Source: Octopus sinensis (lineage: Eukaryota). Taken from it: 64,000 nt of DNA. Below the pieces are notes generated by a model. The model was not told the origin of the DNA. It searched no databases and was given only the letters and a program-made list of their open reading frames with translations. The stretch covers positions 5,270,001 to 5,334,000 of the forward strand of contig NC_043022.1 of NCBI RefSeq assembly GCF_006345805.1, read 5' to 3'. Numbering within the stretch: position 1 is the stretch's first letter; the number at the start of each line of letters is the position of its first letter. Of the stretch, positions 25,525 to 38,564 are shown in pieces. The position numbers and the translations under genes were made by a program.

Positions 25525-25658
25525 ATTTTACTATCCTTTATGCGACTGATTTCTTTCTTCCAAACTGCTGTGGTGCAGTGGTTTCTAAGTTTTGACATGA
25601 AATCCAAATTCTCAGAAGCTTCTTTTAGTTCTTCTTCTAATAAACGCTGATCATCACT
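25525..25658 (-). CDS. VWA3B: VWA3B-like exon
   Basis: aatcag| acceptor, |gtaaga donor; SDDQRLLEEELKEASENLDFMSKL resembles NEDLTLLVKEMEQGHSDLEKMQDL; 134 nt, phase 0 to 2. Confidence 0.82.
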
Positions 25659-25817
25659 CTGATTTTGGAACAAATAAAGAACGAGACCAAAAACTGAGTA
25701 AAAGTATATATATATAATGGTACTTATATGATAAATTGTATACAATGGTAACCTTATTGTACATTATAGTATATTTAATACATACAGTATAAAATAGTGT
25801 ATGTGATACTAACTATA

Positions 25818-26211
25818 TACTCTTTACTTGTTTCCGTCATTTTGACTGTGGCCATGCTGGAGCACCGCCTTTAGTCGAGCAAATCGACCCCGGGACTTAT
25901 TCTTTGTAAGCCCAGTACTTATTCTATTGGTCTCTTTGCTGAACCGCTAAGTGACGGGGACGTAAACACACCAGCATCGGTTGTCAAGCAATGCTAGGGG
26001 GACAAACACACACACACAAACACACATATATATATATATACATATATACGACAGGCTTATTTCAGTTTCCGTCTACCAAATCCACTCACAAGGCATTGGT
26101 CGGCCCGGGGCTATAGCAGAAGACACTTGCCCAAGATGCCACGCAGTGGGACTGAACCCAGAACCATGTGGTTGGTTAGCAAGCTACTTACCACACAGCC
26201 ACTCCTGCGCC
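25818..26211 (-). mobile_element. SINE family S1, full length
   Basis: Near-identical to other S1 copies. Confidence 0.92.
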
Positions 26212-26583
26212 ATCTTCTATATTGCATTTTATTTAGTAAAAACTACACTGTATATTTCCTTGGCTACCTTTAGTGTTCCACTCTGTTGTCACCCAGTTTA
26301 ACACTACCACTTGGTCCATGGATACTTTTAGACGAATCCACCCTGCTGCTAATGTGCCAGCTAAGTTTCTTGTTTGAGGATAACTTCTATTTTTCCTGTC
26401 AGCATCAGTTAAGATAATCCTAAATGCTTCCTTTCTTCTTGCAGCTAAGCAGAAGAAAATTTAAAACTCAAAGCTAAGCAGGTGTAAACAGCATCAACAA
26501 CAACAACAACAACAACAACAATAACAATTAAGGCAGTAATTAAAACAGTTATGAAACGGAGGCTGTAAATTACTGTACTTTAC

Positions 26584-26769
26584 CTTCCAACAATGTGGTC
26601 GACATAGATGAGGGCCAGTGTTACAATTATAATGACGGTAACGACCATCTGTTAATTGAGCAAGTTGACAGAGAAACTCATTAGCTTCCACATCATTACA
26701 GTTGAATGAGACTGTGTGCACTGGAATTGTGGGATACATATCCACTTGAGACAGAAGAAGTTTGGCTGG
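26584..26769 (-). CDS. VWA3B: VWA3B-like exon, VWA domain C-terminal part
   Basis: ttccag| acceptor, |gtaaag donor; PAKLLLSQVDMYPTIPVHTVSFNCNDVEANEFLCQLAQLTDGRYRHYN resembles IPIYTISFNYNDEIANRFLKEVAALTGGEFHFYN; 186 nt, phase 0 to 0. Confidence 0.92.
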
Positions 26770-26830
26770 CTGGAAGATGGAGATTAAAGGAAGTCAATTA
26801 GTTGGTTGGTTAAACAGCTAACCAATTGAC

Positions 26831-26864
<34 letters not shown>

Positions 26865-27414
26865 GAAGTGATAGTGAACCAGTGCATGTGTATATCATTA
26901 TTGTTGGCATAATGACCTTCCCAAGACCCATCGAAATCTGTTTCAACATACGAGTTGGCATCAAGAAAATTGCAAACCAAATATAAACACAAAATAATGG
27001 AAATACGAGTATTCTTCAGTCCATTTTTGTGGGTAAATTTCTTAGGAGCTGTAATCTAAACTCACCTCTGTAGCCAATGGGGGGGGGGGTCTTTAGCATG
27101 GCCAGATGAATCCTCCTTATTCTGTAGCTCAATGCAAATGTGATTATTATCTGATATTTATCTTAATTTTGTGATTTTCACAAACTGTTTGGCTAACAAT
27201 GAATCCATTTTAATTACCAAGAGTCCTTGCCATCAAATTAAAGTGCTGGCAAAGCCCAATAGGTTTAATTAGTTTTTGAAAATTACTTTGGTCCATACAA
27301 AATGTTGAGATGATGTGGTGGAGGAAACATGTCCAACTCATGCCAGCATAAAAATAATTGAAGTAAATGATGAGGGTTATATAGGCATACAAATATACAA
27401 CTATACATATAAGT

Positions 27415-27880
27415 AGGTGTAGGTGTGGCTGTGTAGTAAGAAGTTTGCTTACCAACCACATGGTTCCAAGTTCAGTCCCACCTTGGGCAAGTATTTTCTG
27501 TTATAGTCTTAGGCTGACCAAAGGCTTGTGAGTGGATTTAGTAGACAGAGACTGAAAGAAGCCCTTTCATCATCCTCATCATCATCGTTTTACGTCCGTT
27601 TTCCATGCTGGCATGGGTTGGACGGTTCGACTAGGGTCTGACTGAAAGAAGCCTGTTGTATATATGTGTGTATGTCTTTGTGTCTGTGTTTGTCACCCAG
27701 CACCACTTGATAACTGATGTGGGTGTGTTCACATCCACATAACTTAGCAGTTCGGCGAAAGAGACCAATAGAATAAGTACCAGGTTTTCAAAAAGAAAAT
27801 AAATCCTGGGGTCGATTTGTTTCATTAGAAATTCCTCTATGTTGTGCTCCAGCATAGCCACAGTTTAATGACTGAACAAA
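27415..27880 (+). mobile_element. SINE family S1, older and interrupted copy
   Basis: S1 head at 27415; RTE-tail fragment inserted at about 27570-27635. Confidence 0.78.
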
Positions 27881-28149
27881 GTGAAAGATAAGATAAACGA
27901 AAAATATAAACATACATGCACACATGCATGTGTGTGTGTGTGTTCGTGTGTGCATGTGCGTGTGTGCATGAGTGTGTGTGTGTGAATGTGTGGATGTGTG
28001 TGTGTACATGTGTGCATGAGTGTGTGTGTGTGCATGAGTTCATATGCATGAGTATTTATGTGTTTGTGTCTATGAGTGTACATGTACACATGTATATACA
28101 CGTATTTGTGAAAGTTTGAGAGTTCATGCATGCATGTGTATGTGAGAAA

Positions 28150-29585
28150 GAGAGAGAGAGAGAGAGAGAGAGTGTGCATGTGAGTGTAACTGTAGGTATG
28201 TGTACAGTTGCCCTTCAAAAAAAAAGTCCCAGAGAGCATCCAACATTACATTCACATAAAGCTCGAACAATTTGCTCAAAATTATGAAATATGAACTCAA
28301 ACACTGAACAGAAACACATTGTCGTTCACTGAAGCCGACTTTAACGGGACCTCAGGGTGCTGTAGCAATACATCCGATAACCATTAACAATCATCTTTAA
28401 AAGATTATGTAAGATACTTGTGATCTGGTACAAGCTACCGTATGACATTACTATTCAAACCAATTTTACAAAAACGTTTTATTTTCCGACAATATATTCT
28501 CAAACGGCCACAAAAATTGCACAAAACAAAAACAGAAAGATGAACTGCACGTGGAATGGGTCTGGTGCCATTAAGGATCACAATGGAAAATGCTGCGAAG
28601 AAACCGAGAACAGAACTGAATTGACATGCAGTTGCCATTGTGTAGCCTTGTTTTATATTGATATTCTACTTCCTCTACTTCACAGGCTCTTGTGAGTCAG
28701 ACACACATACACACACACACACAATATAATAATATGATATAGCATACATGCACACATGCGTGATATGATGTTACGAGAACTTGATGTGAAGCTTAAAATG
28801 CATGAGAGTTGAACAAAGAGGAAGAAGGTGTTTAAGCAAGAGAGAGAGAGAGAGGGAGGAGAGAGAGAGAGAGAGAGTGTGCATGTGAGTGTAACTGTAG
28901 GTATGTGTACAGTTGCCCTTCAAAAAAAAAGTCCCAGAGAGCATCCAACATTACATTCACATAAAGCTCGAACAATTTGCTCAAAATTATGAAATATGAA
29001 CTCAAACACTGAACAGAAACACATTGTCGTTCACTGAAGCCAACTTTAACGGGACCTCGGGGTGCTATAGCAATACATCCGATAACCATTAACAATCATC
29101 TTTAAAAGATTATGTAAGATACTTGTGATCTGGTACAAGCTACCGTATGACATTACTATTCAAACCAATTTTACAAAAACGTTTTATTTTCCGACAATAT
29201 ATTCTCAAACGGCCACAAAAATTGCACAAAACAAAAACAGAAAGATGAACTGCACGTGGAATGGGTCTGGTGCCATTAAGAATCACAATGGAAAATGTTG
29301 CGAATAAACCGAGAACAGAACTGAATTGACATGCGGTTGCCATTGTGTAGGTTTGTTTTCTATTGATATTCTTCTTCCTCTACTTCACAGGCTCTTGTGA
29401 GTCAGACACACATACACACACACACAATATAATAATATGATATAACATACATGCACACATGTGTGATATGATGTTACAAGAACTTGATATGAAGCTTAAA
29501 ATGCATGAGAGTTGAACAAAGAGGAAGAAGGTGTTTAAGCAAGAGAGAGAGAGGGAGAGGGAGGAAGAGAGAGAGAGAGAGAGAT
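28150..29585. repeat. Tandem duplication, about 705-bp unit x2
   Basis: AGTGTGCATGTGAG at 28171 and 28876; units bounded by (AG)n; duplicated ORFs 28420 and 29125; few substitutions. Confidence 0.92.
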
Positions 29586-29675
29586 ATCTCTTTCTATATA
29601 TATGCATATACGTATGTGTTTGTATCTGTTTGTCATCAGTGGATTATATATCCTCATAAGAAGCACATTCTAAAC

Positions 29676-30164
<489 letters not shown>

Positions 30165-30863
30165 ATCCCATATATATATATATATATATATATAGACAGA
30201 TAGATAGATAGATAGATATACATACAAATACAGAGAGAGTGAGAGAGACAAATCACTCTCTCTTTCTCTTAATATATATGTGTGTATATACATACATACA
30301 TACATAATATATATACATACATACATATATATGATTTTGATTTGATTTTGATTTTTCCAGTTTCAGCTAATGAGCTGTGGCCATGCTGGGGCACCGCCAT
30401 TTTCTTGCATTCCTCATCCGTGACTCGCACGGCGAAGGTACTGTCTATAAGTACGGCGCGCTAACCGATTGTGCCACCGTATACACATATATACTGAGAG
30501 AGAGAGAAAGACAATGGAAAATAGGTAGATTGGTAGGTATGTAGAGATGGAGAGAGAGAAAAGTGTATGATTCAGAGGAAAGAAGAGAGAATGAGTGAGG
30601 CTGTGGAAGTGAAGTGGAAGGAGAAGGGGAAGAGGGAGAGAGAAAGAGGGGGGGGGACTGTCCAAGTGTCTGTCATAATTCCAGTCTTCGTCTTGAAGAG
30701 ATGATGAGATCAGCAATCCCAGCAAAGAGTTCCTCGTTATTCTTCTCTTTTTCTCTCGAAATATTAATTACATTTGTTGATTAATTACAATTCTTAAAAA
30801 TAATGCGAAACGTAAGATTAATGAAAGTGGCACTTTTTGATATGTACGCACACGTAAGTACAT

Positions 30864-30916
<53 letters not shown>

Positions 30917-31050
30917 AATATGTGTGTGTGTGTGTGAACTTGTATAGTAGAACAGACGTTTCTTAAGATTTTAATTACCTTATTTCGAAAGTCATTTCTG
31001 ATTCTGTGTGTGAGAGGGAGAGAGAGAGAGAGAGAACATGCCAATGCATC

Positions 31051-31084
<34 letters not shown>

Positions 31085-31793
31085 TGTGTGTGTGTGGTGT
31101 GTGTGTGTGTCTTTGTGTAAGTGTGTGTCTCTATGTATGTAGGTCTGTTTGCTTGTGTACAAATCTATGTGTGCATGTGTGTTGAATGCAGTCATCAGTG
31201 TGTGTGACTATACATACAGACATACACATGCATGTATGTATGTATGTATAAACACACATCTGTGTTTGCATACATACATATATAAATACGTACATGCATA
31301 TGTATATATATATATATACAGTACATATATACATACAAACACACATATGAAATATGTGTGTGTGTATATATTTATATGCTTGTATAAACATTTGTATTTG
31401 CTTATGTTGTATACAGTTGTACATATAGGTATGTATGTATGTATGTATGCCTCGTTGTTCAGTTTTATTTCAAGATTTCTTGCCAATTGAGAAAGGATCA
31501 GTTTCTAACCGAGATCCAAGAATCCTTCATTGGAATTTCAACATCAACAACAGGGTATTTTTGTATAGATGTACATATGCATGCATGTATGTATGTATGT
31601 ATCTATGTATGTATGTGTGCAGATTTGTATGTATGTATGCATGTATGTATGTATGTTTGTAATTGTGAGGATTTGTACTTTTTGTTTTATGTATGTATTC
31701 TCATGCATATAGTTATATATGTAGACATAAACTTCTGGAAAGTTTTACAGACTTTTACAGTTCCAGTGATGGATTGGATCTGTAGTCTTTGAA

Positions 31794-32065
31794 TTAACTT
31801 TCTCCTTTCTGGTTTGGGAAGTCTGATTTCTCAAGATTGGTATTTAGGCAGTGTGTTACATATCCTAGTGTCCCAGCAATTACAGGTATTAACCTGAACT
31901 TGTAATCTGGATAGAGTAACTGAAGATCTCTCAATAATTCAGCATAGGTATTCTCTTTTTCGCTGATCTTCAGCTTTATGTTAACATCCGCTGGGCAGCT
32001 AATTTTCACAACTGTGCACAATCTCTCTTTATCCCAAATCATTATATCAGGTCTGTGGGGCTTAT
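31794..32065 (-). mobile_element. RLE-type (R4/Dong-like) LINE 3' fragment
   Basis: RPDIMIWD...KISCP...EKENTY...IPVIAGTLG resembles a restriction-like endonuclease domain. Confidence 0.78.
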
Positions 32066-32527
32066 CTATGTATGTGTTCATTAGCCATCAACGGAGCTGC
32101 AAATGCAAAATATAAGTTAGTCCTAGAGTACACAATGTTCCTAAAGGTCAGCGATGGTCTTCCTTGGTCACGCGTGAATGGCCGTCGTATATATATGTAT
32201 GTATGTATGCATGCATGTACACAAACAGACACACATACAAAAATATTCTTATATAAACATGTGCATCACCTGACAGTAGATGTGTATATATATATATATA
32301 TAAATATAATAATAATAATGAAATTATTGTATACAGTGCTCAGGTGCACCACAACTTGTCAAAAGTGCGTATAAAGCATATGCAGTAATGTACAAATGTC
32401 TGGAAAGTGAACAGTGTATGAGTCAGATACATGCTTGTGTGTGTATGGAGGGGAGAAAATCAGGTGTAGTGTTGGCGAATCTCAGGAAGCATAGAGGTTT
32501 CGAAGGATGCAGTGCTCCGACACACAC

Positions 32528-32611
<84 letters not shown>

Positions 32612-34093
32612 TAATCCCTGGCCATATCATGGTTTATTATTTAGGCTTACATAGATTCCTCTGTGGTGTTGTTTTACATTTATAATAAAATAAATACAAA
32701 TTATAAAAATAAAATATCGGTGGTGCCCCAGCGTGGCCGTGGCCTTCGGGCTAAAACATTTGTAAGGATTTAAGGATATATATATATATATATATACAGT
32801 ACAGTACTGTTTCTACTTCACAGTTTTTATTTATGTTTTGGGTGTCATATGTGTGAAATGGAATCAAAGTGGGACATGGGACTAGAATGGGTTGAGAAAG
32901 TCTCTGATGTGGACTGAATATATAGTTCCATCGCTGAGGAAATTTCTTTGCAAATACTTCTAAGGGTTCTGCAAGTTCTTTGAAGTACGGTTGGCATTCT
33001 TTGAACATTTAGAATTCTCCAATCTAATTTGTATTTTTGTGTCAAAGACTTCTTGATAAACTGAAATCATTTCTCAAATTGCAAAGATAAATTCGATATA
33101 ATTCTGCCCATTAAAACTTGTTCGTTATTATATTGTATAATTTAATCAGCTCTCTACCTTGTTATGAGGACGTTTGGCTTTCATAATTCTCATTCATTTT
33201 TTTTCTGTGTTTTCTTCACCTCTTCAATGAATTTTCTTGCATTTTTGACTTCTGTAGAATCAGGAAATTTCCCTCTGTTGTCTGTACACACACGTTTACC
33301 TTTTCTCTCTGCTCTCTACACTTATGTCTGTATACATGTATATATGTATGTATGTGTGTATGTATGAATGTATATACATATGCAAGTATGAATATATGAA
33401 TTTGTGTATGTATGGGTGTACGCATGCATGTTCATTCTAAGTATGTATGTATGTTTAAGCATGAATGTACTGATGCATGTATATACGCAGATATTTATAC
33501 ACACTCCCCTTATCTCTGTCTTTCAATAATTCTATTTCCATTCCCAATCCAGTATATATATCTGCAATCTTTCGTGTTTGTTTCTAGCTTTTACTGACTT
33601 ACACCCACACATGCACATACTGCGGCTTGCTGCATTCTAACGAACTGTGCAACCAAAGGCACCATGCAAAACAGATGTTAAATCACACACACACACAGAT
33701 ACACTTACACACACACACACACACACATACTTCACATTCATATATACACATGCATGCACACACATACAAACACACATACACACATTCATATATACACATG
33801 CACACATACACATTCATACACACACACATACACACACACATATTATACCCTGTACCTGTTTCAGCTCCATGACTGTGGCCATGCTGGGGCTCTTCCTCAA
33901 AGAGTTTAGTCAAACAAATTGGCCGCAGTTCTTAGTTTTTTGAGTTTGGTAATTTGGCAGTTGATCGCTTTTTTGCCAAGTGATTAAGACATGGGGATGT
34001 AAACAAACCAACACTGGTTTTCAAGTGGTGGTGGTGGTGGGGAAAAATACAATGGTGCACACACACACACACACACACTCATGTGTGTGTAAG

Positions 34094-34124
<31 letters not shown>

Positions 34125-34349
34125 TCAATATATAGTTTCAATTTTCCTGTAACAAGCGGATTATAAGTGGATAAAACAGTGTATTTGGCTTTAGAATAAC
34201 CCTCTTTAGCCCTTAATTATATGATATATATATATATATATATATATATCATCATGATCATCACCATCATCGTTGTTGTTGTCATTGTCATCATCATCAT
34301 CTTTATCATCATCATCACCATCATCATCATCACTACCACCACCACCACC

Positions 34350-34415
34350 ACTTTAGGAATGAGAACCCAGGTTTGAAATTTTCCCAAGACATCTGATGAA
34401 GGCCAAAACGTGAGA
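34350..34415 (+). mobile_element. Family B element fragment with internally deleted hammerhead core
   Basis: GGAATGAGAACCCAGG...GACATCTGATGAAGGCCAAAACG shared with 60583-60670 and 61250-61385. Confidence 0.65.
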
Positions 34416-34441
34416 ACCACTGCCTGGTACTGCATCAGGGC

Positions 34442-34506
<65 letters not shown>

Positions 34507-34791
34507 TATGTTTGACTTTTGCTTTATATTTGTACAAGTTGGCTCCAAGTCTCACCCAGAGACCTCAAGAGACAACAGGTTGGAAGTTCATGTTGTTGTT
34601 ATGCCTAGTGTGCCATATATTTGGGGGGGGGAATTTTTGGTGTGTGTACTAATGAATGTCTAAAAAAAAATTTTTTTTTAAACCGTTAACAACACACAAG
34701 ATTAGCACAAATATCCATCTAATGTAAATAATGTAAATAATGTTATAATTTCTCATCTCGTTAAATACAGAACTGTATTATATATATATAT

Positions 34792-34835
<44 letters not shown>

Positions 34836-35757
34836 TTGGGTAAAATCCAAATTTACAGGTAAAATTAGATTTAAGATTAAATCAAATTTCACAGTATAAA
34901 TATAAATATATTAGAGATAAAACCACTTTTAGGCAAATCAAACAGTGAAAATCATAAACCAATACATAAAAATAAATATAATTAATATACAAAATATATA
35001 AAAATAAAATTTAAAATTTAAATTATTTAAATTTAAAATTTTTAATTTATATTTACAAATTTTTAGATTTTTTTAGATTTTTTTTTGTTGTATTAGTTTA
35101 TGTTTTTCACTGTTTGATTTGCCTAATAGTGGTTTTATCTCTAATATAATTTATATATATATATATATATACACCATCCGTTCATGGCCGTTTGCCAGCT
35201 CTGTCTGGCACCTATGCAGGTGGCACGTAAAAAGCACCCACTACACTCACGGAGTGGTTGGCGTTAGGTAGGGCATCCAGCCGTAGAAACACTGCCAGAT
35301 CTGCCAGAAACACTGCCAGATCTGACTGGGCCTGACGAAACCGTCCAACCCATGCTTGCATGGAAAGCGGACACTAAATGATGATGATGATATGTTAACA
35401 AGAGTCAGGCTGTGTGGCATTCAGGTTATTCCATAAATGAAAACTTAGATATTACCAAAGATACACATGGGACAGGCACAAAGACCCTAATCCTTCCTAA
35501 GTCATCGACCTTTTGTTTCATGCCTTTAACGATAAGACTGGGAGCTTCATATATTGACAGCACCCACAAGATTTGTGTAGGATTAGGGCTCGAACAAACA
35601 AAGGAATACAGGGTGGACATAGGAAAGTAAACAAATGTAATTTGAAATGATAAGTAAAGACAATGAATAAAGCCTTTCAGCCAAACACGAGAATGATGGA
35701 TTAACACCTGAAAGAACTTCTCAAATGGATTTTTAAAAATAGGATTAGTAAGGATTA

Positions 35758-36172
35758 GGCACAGGAGTGGCTGTGTGGTAAGTAGCTTGTTTACCAACCA
35801 CATGGTTCCGGGTTCAGTCCCACTGCATGGCATCTTGGGCAAGTGTCTTCTACTATAGCCTCGGGCCGACCAAAGCCTTGTGAGTGGATTTGGTTGACGG
35901 AAACTGAAAAGAAGCCTGTCGTGTATATGTATATATATGTGTATATGCATGTGTGTATATGTATGTGTGTCTGTGTTTGTCCCCCTAGCATTGCTTGACA
36001 ACCGATGCTGGTGTGTTTATGTCCCCGTTACTTAGCGGTTCGGCAAAAGAGACCGATAGAATAAGTACTGGGCTTACAAAAGAATAAATCCCGGGGTCGA
36101 GTTGCTCGATTAAAGGCGGTGCTCCAGCATGGCCGCAGTCAAATGACTGAAACAAGTAAAAGAGCTAAAGAG
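35758..36172 (+). mobile_element. SINE family S1, full length
   Basis: Near-identical to other S1 copies. Confidence 0.92.
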
Positions 36173-36590
36173 CAAGAGAGGAGAAAAAGTTGACATGACA
36201 AACTTCTTTTCAGTTTCTGTTCATCAAATCTGCTCACGAAGCTTTGTTTGGTCTGAGGCTATTGTAGAAGACACTTGACCAAGGTGCCATGCAGTGGGAT
36301 TGAACCAAAGATCACATGGTTCAGAAGCATGCTTCTTCATTATGCAGTCACGCGCCCACCCACCCACCCACCTACCTACCTATCTACCCCCCCCCCATCC
36401 ATGTTTTTATTTTTCCTGCCCTGTGCTGGTGCCATGTAAAAACACTCCCATGCTGGAGCCACGTAGCAACAGTCGTACCAGCACCACATAAATACACAGG
36501 TGCTGGTGCCGCATAAAAAGCACCCAGTACACTTTGTGAAGTGGTTGGCATTAGGAAGGGCAGCCAGCCGTAGAAACCATGCCAAAACAA

Positions 36591-36977
36591 ACAGGAGTGG
36601 CTGTGTGGTAAGTAGCTTGCTAACCAACCACATGGTTCCGGGTTCGGTCCCACTGCGTGGCATCTTGGGCAAGTGTCTTCTGCTATAGCCCCGGGCCGAC
36701 CAATGCCTTGTGAGTGGATTTGGTAGACGGAAACTGAAAGAAGCCTGTCGTATATGTATATATATATGTGTGTGTGTTTGTCCCCCTAGCATTGCTTGAC
36801 AACCAATGCTGGTGTGTTTACGTCCCTGTCACTTAGCGGTCGGCAAAAGAGACCGATAGAATAAGTACTGGGCTTACAAAAGAATAAGTCCCGGGGTCGA
36901 TTTGCTCGACTAAAGGCGGTGCTCCAGCATGGCCGCAGTCAAATGACCGAAACAAGTAAAAGAGTAAAAGAGTAAAG
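36591..36977 (+). mobile_element. SINE family S1 inserted in an RTE-tail element
   Basis: S1 head, body and tail; RTE-tail pieces on both sides (36420-36590, 36980-37090). Confidence 0.88.
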
Positions 36978-37312
36978 AGAGCTGGAGACTGGTGCAGTTC
37001 CCTGGCTTTGCTAGCTCTGGTCAAACCATCCAACCTCTGCCAGCATGGAAAACAAATGTTAAATGATGATGATGATGATGATGATGATGACGACCAAATT
37101 TCAATAATGTTGTATTTCAAAATTCATTTGAATGTCCCAAACAAAGCGACAAGCCACTTAATGTAAGGAGCTATGAAGAAGAAGAAGGAATTAAGATGAG
37201 AGGAATGAATTGAGACTTGAAAGAGCTCAGCTCATACGAAGGAGGAAAACAACAAGAAGGCAGAGAGTTCCAAGGTCTCCAGTTTGAGGAAACAATGCTA
37301 CGATCACAGAAA

Positions 37313-38152
37313 GACTTCGTTATTTGTGGGATTAGGATAGAATTTGGATGCAGACTTCATTATTTGTGGGATTAGGATAGAATTTGGATGTAGACTTCAT
37401 TATTTGTGGGATTAGGATAGAATTTGGATGTAGACTTCATTATTTGTGGGATTAAGATAGAATTTGGATGTAGACTTCATTATTTGTGGGATTAGGATAG
37501 AATTTGGATGTAGACTTCATTATTTGTGGGATTAGGATAGAATTTGGATGTAGACTTCAATATTTGTAGGATTAGGATAGAATTTGGATGTAACTTCATT
37601 ATTTGTGGGATTAGGATAGATTTGGATGTAGACTTCATTATTTGTGGGATTAGGATAGAATTTGGATGTAGACTTCATATTTGTGGGATTAGGATAGAAT
37701 TTGGATGTAGACTTCCTTATTTGTAGGATTAGGATAGAATTTGGATGTAGACTTCATTATTTGTGGGATTAGGATAGAATTTGGATGTAGACTTCATTAT
37801 TTGTGGGATTAGGATAGAATTTGGATGTAGACTTCATTATTTGTGGGATTAGGATAGAATTTGGATGTAGACTTCATTATTTGTGGGATTAAGATAGAAT
37901 TTGGATGTAGACTTCATTATTTGTGGGATTAGGATAGAATTTGGATGTAGACTTCATTATTTGTAGGATTAGGATAGAATTTGGATGTAGACTTCATTAT
38001 TTGTGGGATTAGGATAGAATTTGGATGTAGACTTCATTATTTGTAGGATTAGGATAGAATTTGGATGTAGACTTCATTATTCGTAGGATTAGGGTAGAAT
38101 TTGGATGTAGACTTCATTATTTGTGGGATTAGGATAGAATTTGGATGTAGAC
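37313..38152. repeat. 40-bp minisatellite, about 21 copies
   Basis: Unit GACTTCATTATTTGTGGGATTAGGATAGAATTTGGATGTA, head-to-tail with no spacers. Confidence 0.97.
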
Positions 38153-38249
38153 ATTGTGAGTTCCAAGTCAGGCAAGATGGCACAAACTGATCTGAAACTA
38201 AGAGAGGAAGTAGGACCAACTTTACAAAACAAGTAGTTATATATTCTAC

Positions 38250-38477
38250 CTGATCTGGACGTCCATCAGTCAACAAGTAGATAGCTCGGGTGTGCGGGTC
38301 AGTGAGGGCAAGCTTCAGAGCTGTATATGTATTGGTGCTTCCACAGCAAACCTGCTTCTGGAGCCAACTGACTGCATCTCTATGGCAATACTGAGCTGCT
38401 TCTGCGAGGTTCTTCTTCCAAGCTGTGGCTGTTTTGTTGAAGATCACCAAATTGAAGGTTTTATCCTGCAACTGTTC
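38250..38477 (-). CDS. VWA3B: VWA3B-like exon, VWA domain core
   Basis: ttgtag| acceptor, |gtagaa donor; EQLQDKTFNLVIF...GSTNTYTALKLALTDPHTRAIYLLTDGRPDQ (ORF 38049..38471), matching the VWA3B STNT...AIYLLTDGRPDQ motif; 228 nt, phase 0 to 0. Confidence 0.93.
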
Positions 38478-38564
38478 CTACAAGTAACACAATGCAACAA
38501 GCAATGATGATGATGATGATAATAATAACAACAACAACAACAACAACAACAATAATAATAATAA

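Noticed and set aside
32589-32640. CAGTAATCCCT Tigger-like terminus
   Set aside because: No matching second TIR found; too short to call
37313-38152. CRISPR-like array
   Set aside because: Units are head-to-tail with no unique spacers, there are no cas genes, and the context is a eukaryotic intron
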